A stretch of DNA of 64,000 nt from the human T2T-CHM13v2.0 reference genome, Homo sapiens. Both the position numbers and the translations under genes were made by a program. The notes beneath the pieces are model-generated. The model saw only the letters and a list, made by a program, of their open reading frames with translations. It searched no databases and had not been told where the DNA came from. Positions 56,439-64,000 of this stretch are shown here, piece by piece. The stretch is taken from the NCBI RefSeq assembly GCF_009914755.1, contig NC_060927.1; one strand, written 5' to 3'. Every line of letters starts with the position of its first letter. Within the stretch, counting starts at the first letter, position 1.

Positions 56439-57084
56439 AAGAATGAATAAAATTTAGGATATTTATAATAAAAAAGTATTACATTTACTTTATCTAATAG
56501 AAAAAAATGTTAAGTATAACAATTTGGATAACTGCTTTTATGGATTAACTGATATGCATTAATTTCTTCAATATCTCTTTGAGATTAATGAAAAAATAAT
56601 GAAACCTGTGTTTTTTGGTAAAAAAAAAAAACCTCTTTGTTTTGTAACTTGTTGGGTGTTGTGTAAGAGTCCATGTTCATAGTTGACATTGTCATCAGTT
56701 TTGAAAATACCACAGGTTTGAATAACAAATGACTGTTTTTCTTTATTCCCTGCCACATCTTTGGCAACTGGAGCAGTGCTTAGTACAGTGAATACATTTA
56801 ATAATTATATGTTGAATAAATAAAAAAATACAAACGAGCAGAGATTAGTTTATGAGGTAAAGATTGTTTATTGTGAAATATTTAATTGTGACGTTTTCAA
56901 AATGGTAGTGCTTGCTTTATTTTGAATCTTCCACATTTTATTTGTTTTCTGTCATTTTTATATTTTATTGAAGGGTTGTCAAATTGTTTTTTCCTCACAC
57001 TTTCATCTTGAATGCGTCTATAAACCTATAAAAATTTGTTTAGTCTTTCTCAAATCATCTTTTTTCTTCATCCAAAATGATAAA

Positions 57085-59200
57085 AGTCACAAGACTTGTT
57101 TCAGCTTGACAAGTAAAGATAATGTAGACAGTCACCTTTATCTTCACAAAAAGGAAAAGCTCAACACACTGAAAATCAATCACTTTTTTTGGACTCATCA
57201 GAGAACTGTTGTCAGAGCAAGCTACTATGCCAAAATCTAGAAAGGCTGAAAGATAGAGCAACCAAGATCTGCTTACCTGGAAGAGAAGACAATGGAACCA
57301 TATTCTGAAGTAAGCAAGGAGAAAAAACAAACAAAACAAAAAACAAACCAAAAAAAGACTTTGTCTATAGAAGAATAAAGATAAGAATTAAGCATGTTGC
57401 TTGTCAAAAACTATGTAAACAAGTAGAAAATGGAGTAAAATATTTAAGGAAAAAGCTATCAAGTTAGAATTATACATATAGAAAAACTACTGTCCAAAAA
57501 TGAAGGAAAAATAGACTTTCTCAGAAAAAAACAATAAAAGAACAAATTTCTTGACTAGTTCTGTAATAAATATTAAAATAATTTCTTCAAGTGGTAGAAT
57601 AATAATGTGAGAAATGGATCTACATAAAGTTAGGAAGAGTGTTAGAAAAAGGAATAAATGAAGGTAACATAATATCTTTCATTTTTCTTATTCTTAATTG
57701 ATCTTTAGAGCAATAATAATAACAATGTATCGAGGGATTATAACATGAATAACTAAAATGAGTGACAACAATATCATAATATACAAAAGGGAACTGGGAA
57801 TGCTCTGTTATAAGGCACCATAACTACACATAAAGTGGTATAGTGTTATTCGAACGGGAAATCATTGGAGAAATGGCTGATTCTGGGCTACAGGTGAAAA
57901 ATACAGTCAGCGCTCCGTATCCATGGCTTCTACATCTGTGGATTAAACCAACCGAAGATCGAAACTATTTTTTAAAATGGTTGGTTCTATTTGTACTGAA
58001 CATGTACAGACATTTTTTTCTAGTCATTATTCCCTGAACAATGCAACAACTACTTACACAGCACTTACATTGTATTAGGTATTAAAAGTAATCTGGAGAT
58101 GATTTAAGTATGTAGAAGGATGTGCGTAGGTAATATGCAAATGCAACACCGTTTTATATAACGGACTTGAGCATTTGTGGATTTCAGTCTTTGTGGTGGA
58201 TTCTGGAATCAATTCCCCTTGGATACTGAGGGATGACTGCATATAAACTTTTGTTTTAGGATCTTGCAGGGCCAGAAAATTAAGTGCTGCTGAAAAATAA
58301 ATAAATAAATAAAAGAAACACAATAATAGGAGTATGTCAGGAACTAGCTGAAAGATCACCTATTGGCCAAAATTAGAACAATCTGAGCAGCAATATAAAT
58401 AAACAAGTATTAGATTTATAAATAAAACAAAATAAATATTCATGAGTCAATTCTGATACAAATAAATGACTGAATGAATAAATAAATAGGAAGAATAGAT
58501 AAATCTCTTGAACCAAAAAAATCTGGTTTATATAATATCTACCCCTGCTTCAAGATGGTGAAATGTAACTTTGCACTACTTACCTGTGGAATGTGTATAA
58601 AGGCTTTCGTTCAAAGAGTACAAGATGAAAGAGAGGGAAAAGTAACTTTATAATGGAGAAACCTGAAAATGCTACCTCATTCTGGTGATCAAGGTCAACA
58701 TCAATAGTGCTAAATCATATCGATGGCCTGAACCCTTGATGTGATGTGATGAGAATGGCACTTAACCTCTGTACTCTTCCTCCCCAAATCCATAATCTCA
58801 GTCTAATCATAATAAAAACATCCAGAAAACACCAACTGTGAGACCTTCTTTGTAATACCTATTCAGAGTTCCTGAAAACCATTAAGAACATCAAAAACAA
58901 AGTCAGCAAAAATGTGTCACAATCTAGAAAAACCTAAAGAGAAACAATGACTAACTAAATGTAATGTGATATCCTAAATAGGAGCCTGGAAGAAAAAAAA
59001 GAACATTAAGTAAAAGCTAGAGAAAATCTGAATAAAGTGTGCACTTAATAATAATGTGTTAATATTCGCTCATTAATTATGAAAAATATGTCATACTAGT
59101 GTAAGATGTTAGCAATACAGAAAATTGGGTTTGGCATATATGGGAACTCTATACTATCTTCATATTTTTCTGTACATAAAATTACTCAAAAACTAAAAGT
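57085..59200 (+). mobile_element. Old L1MC/MD pieces (5' end, ORF1 end, 3'UTR), split by MER2
   Basis: ctgaaaatcaatcactttttttggac (5' end); ataagaatta...aaactatg (ORF1); ggtgatcaaggtcaacatcaatagtg...gagaatggcactt (3'UTR). Confidence 0.65.
57904..58239 (-). mobile_element. MER2 (TcMar-Tigger MITE)
   Basis: TIRs cagtcagcgctccgtatcca / tggatactgagggatgactg; TA on the left flank; about 340 bp. Confidence 0.88.
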
Positions 59201-61263
59201 TTGTTTTTTGAAAGTTACCTATTTTTTCTCTCACTTTCACCACTTCCCGGTTATAAAGAATAAGGTGTTAGTGATTATCATAAATATGAATCATAAAAAT
59301 ACTATTCTTATTAACAGAGTGAATTCCTGTTCAAAGAATCCAAGGGCTTGCCTAAAGACTCAGAATTTGGTCATTCTGAAATTCTAAAAAGGTGAATAAG
59401 CTTTACTGGGTAGTAAAAAATATCAATAGGTTCACCAGCATAAACATTTATATTCACTGCTAGTTTCCACTGTAATTCACATCAAAGATAATAAGAGTGA
59501 TCACTTTTAATAATTTTTTATTTTTTTACTTTATAATTTTGAGTGGTATATGGAAGTTCTAGAAAAGCCATAAACTAAAATATAAATAGTATATAAGTAT
59601 TAATAGTATAATAGATATTAATTAATTTGATTCTCATTTTTATCATAAAACTAATTTATTTATATGATTACACAATACCTTACATTTTTACTTAACTTTA
59701 AAACATCTTCCCAAGTCTTCTAACTCATAATCTTGAGTATAAAAAGAGAGGACCTATTATTTTTATTTTGGAAATATACACTTGAGTTCTTTAAATTTTG
59801 ATATAAACCCTTTGTTAGAAATGTGGCAGATATTGTTTTCCAGCTTGTGTCTATGTTTTTACTTTTGTTTGTAGTTTTCTTGGTGTAAGATACTTTTAAA
59901 TTTGATGATGTCAAATATACAGTCTTTCCCTTAATTTATTTTTCATTAAGTGTCCAAATAATTAAAGCTTTCTTATTTCAAAAATAAAATAAAGATAGCT
60001 TATATTTTATCTAGCAGCTTTAAAGTCCCTTTCTTCACTGTTGCCCCTATTTTATTATTAAATCAGTGTGGTGCTATTTCTGTATTTTAAAGGCCATAAT
60101 AGGTTTGATATCAGTTACTAATGTTTGACGTTTCTTTCTCACTTAAATGCTTTTGTGCCATATTGTGGGTCTGTTCTTCTTTTTAATTTATTTATCTACT
60201 TTAGATATAAAATAACACTGTTTTATTATATATAGCTCTAAAATATGCCTTGATTGATTATGGTAAACTGTAGCAGCGATAAAAGCCATACTTTCCTTGC
60301 TTCTGATCTTAATGGGAATGATCATAAGAAGTATATTTATTTGAGGTTTTGGTAGATAATTTTTCTCGAGATGAAACACTTTATTCAAGTCTTAGATGCT
60401 GTGATTTAAAAAAAATCAAATATGAATGTTTAATAACTAATGGTTTTTCTGCACTTAATAGCTAATGTTTTTTTCTGCACTCATTGAGTTTTCTGCATGT
60501 GTGTTTCACACATATAATATAAATATACCTATATGTATAAATTATAATACAAATTAACATTACATATTATTTAATATTTACCATATAATAGCTAAATGTT
60601 TATTATATATAATAGCTAAATATGTATAATAGCTAAATATGCTAATATAACAGATATATATGTTAAGTATGTTAATGTAGGTGTTTGCATTGTCAGATAT
60701 TCTAATGTGTTAATTCATACTTGTTATTCAACTTACCCATCAAATATTTATTTGGACCTATTCTTTGCCAGCCAGTGCCTAAGACAGTCCTTGGGATACA
60801 CTGGTGAATAAAACAATGATACCCACATTTAAGTAATAAAACATACTGATCATGGTGATTATGATATATGTATAGTGCTAGATTCCATTTGCCTGTGTTA
60901 TAGTTATGATTGTTTATAAGTTTGTAAATAAGATCATTTTAAAGTTTTATTTTCTTTTTCTCTTATTTTCCTGATGTAAGATCATATTAGCCTCATAAAA
61001 TTATTTTCTCTTTTTCTCTCCGCAATGGTTTCGTAAAACAGAACTTATGTGCTTCTGGAAGGTTTTGTAATGCATCTCCTAGATTGTGCATTTTTGGTAT
61101 ATTTGTGTCTGTGATATGAATCTTATATATATTGGCATAAGTTTATTAGGATCAGGAAATTTCTGTCATCCAGCAAATGGGAACTTTAAGTTGAAAACAT
61201 GAGATTTTGTTATGGAAAGATAGAACAATTTTTTCCATATATGAATTTGCATCTAAGAATCCT

Positions 61264-61299
61264 ATTGCTTCTTGACCTTTTGGCTAAGGTCAGGTGAGT
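61264..61299 (+). pseudogene. RNU2: 3'-truncated U2 snRNA retrocopy (first ~36 nt)
   Basis: attgcttcttgaccttttggctaaggtcaggtgagt compared with U2 ATCGCTTCTCGGCCTTTTGGCTAAGATCAAGTGTAGT; starts at U2 nt 1. Confidence 0.8.
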
Positions 61300-61916
61300 C
61301 TTATTAGCCAAATAGCCATTTCTATTATGATGATCATTATTACTTCAAGAAGGCAGTAAAAGGCAATGTAGAAGACAAAAAATAAAATACTGTCCTAGGA
61401 GTTGAGGGAGCAAGTTCAAGTCCCAGGACTTTCCTAGGTCAACTATTTGACCAAGACAAAGTGTCAATGGACTCAACTGCCAAATGGGGTGACTCCTAGA
61501 GTCCTTATCAGTTTTCACGTAGTTCTGTAAAGCAATTTAGAGCCAGAAGTTAAATGCAAAAGAGTTTGAAAAATTACTTGAGCATACCTAAAATTGCGGT
61601 GTTGACCATTTTCTATAATCAAGTAATATTCACATAGGAGCTTGAATTCCTTCACTAGGGCTTTCTGTGATCCACTTAGTTTTTGCATTATATTATATTA
61701 CTTTAGTATTAATGTAACTGTGATTAAATAAATGGCATATAGTAATTTAGATGGCTAATAAAATGGAAACCTTTAATCACCATTTTTCAGTGAGCTTCAG
61801 AAATATTTTCAAGATAAGTGTGACCGACCATTTTTAAAGAATTCTAGAATTAAATGCAAGTGTTCTCTCTCTTTTTCCCTAGAACTTGGTTATTTTCTGT
61901 TTTTGGTGTGTATGAT

Positions 61917-62714
<798 letters not shown>

Positions 62715-63739
62715 ATAATATAATACAGATGAAATAACTCAGAAATGCAAGCACAGCTTCATTCTCAAATGCTATTTTAAATGTAACAAGCATAGTTCGA
62801 TTGATTGATGCAAGGAGATAGTAATGGAAGCTCAGCATGACTTTAAAATCAAGCAAATAGATATTAAACCTGGAAAAAAGTAAGAAGATTATTTCCAGAC
62901 AACTAAATATTGTATCACAATTCTTCCTCCCAGGAAGCAGTTATATATTAGACTCTCATTTGAACTCATGAGAAGTAATAGGACATCATTTTGTGTTCTT
63001 AGTTTTTCAGAACAAGGCAGGCGGTCTATTCATATAATTTCTGCAACTTAGGAGAATGGATGACACCTGTGACATTCAGACAATCAGAATTGGGCTCTCA
63101 TTAGGGCATGCTGTTTGCTGCTGCCCATGGTTTACTTGATGACTGAGTAAATGATTCACTGGCATCCTGTTGGTAATTTCTGATCAACATGCAGTCCTGA
63201 CTATTTCAGTACATACCAGTAGAATGCATTAACCTCGAAAACAATTCCTTTTTTTCATTAGCTCTCAGACAGGAACTACTTAATTTACACAAAAGATAAG
63301 GTACTGGAAGACTTTAATTATTATTCTTTTTAATCACTGCTGTGGCCTTTATCACTTTTCCCTGATAGAATTTACTTTTTGTAGTGTTTGTTTTTAAAAT
63401 AACAAATGCTTATTTAAAAAAAAAATTTTAACATATTTATATTATGGAAAACATTTTCTTTTAATATATTTTCTTTTTTTATTTTGAGCTGTATTATCTA
63501 TTAAAATAAAACTCAAAATGCAACATTTGTAAACGTTTTTAGTATAAAACACTTAACATAAAATGTATCATCTTAACTATTTCTAAGTATACAGTTCGGT
63601 AGTGTTAAGTGTATTTACATTATTGTGCAAGCTGGATATATTATGTTTTATAAATTCTACATTTTCTAACACTAATCTATTTTGTGGGAGTATTTGTGCA
63701 AATTGTTTTTGATAGATATTTTAGAAGTCTGTATCAACA

Positions 63740-64000
<261 letters not shown>

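Overview
AT-rich primate genomic DNA, almost certainly human: it carries an AluYb8, a human-specific subfamily. The window is mostly nested, decayed transposable elements (L1, Alu, MaLR/ERVL/ERV1 LTRs, DNA transposons, L2/MIR). I found no credible cellular protein-coding exon, so it looks like intergenic DNA or a large intron. The main feature is a defective betaretrovirus-like HERV-K provirus at 5688-9703 (MER11D-type LTR, probably HML-7/HERVK11D). It has a 5' LTR, a tRNA-Lys PBS, an open 235-aa Gag MA/pp ORF joined in frame to RT by a deletion of CA-NC-pro, a second deletion removing the integrase core, an intact 91-aa Env leader, and a junction to an L1 where the rest of env and the 3' LTR should be. 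Other features: a near full-length dead L1PA with nested AluY and THE1C, a probable L1 3' transduction, a probable local inverted duplication of L1 sequence, and a 36-nt U2 snRNA retrocopy. Subfamily names come from remembered consensus motifs, not a database search. I see no clear new biological system; the HERV-K rearrangements are the best candidates.
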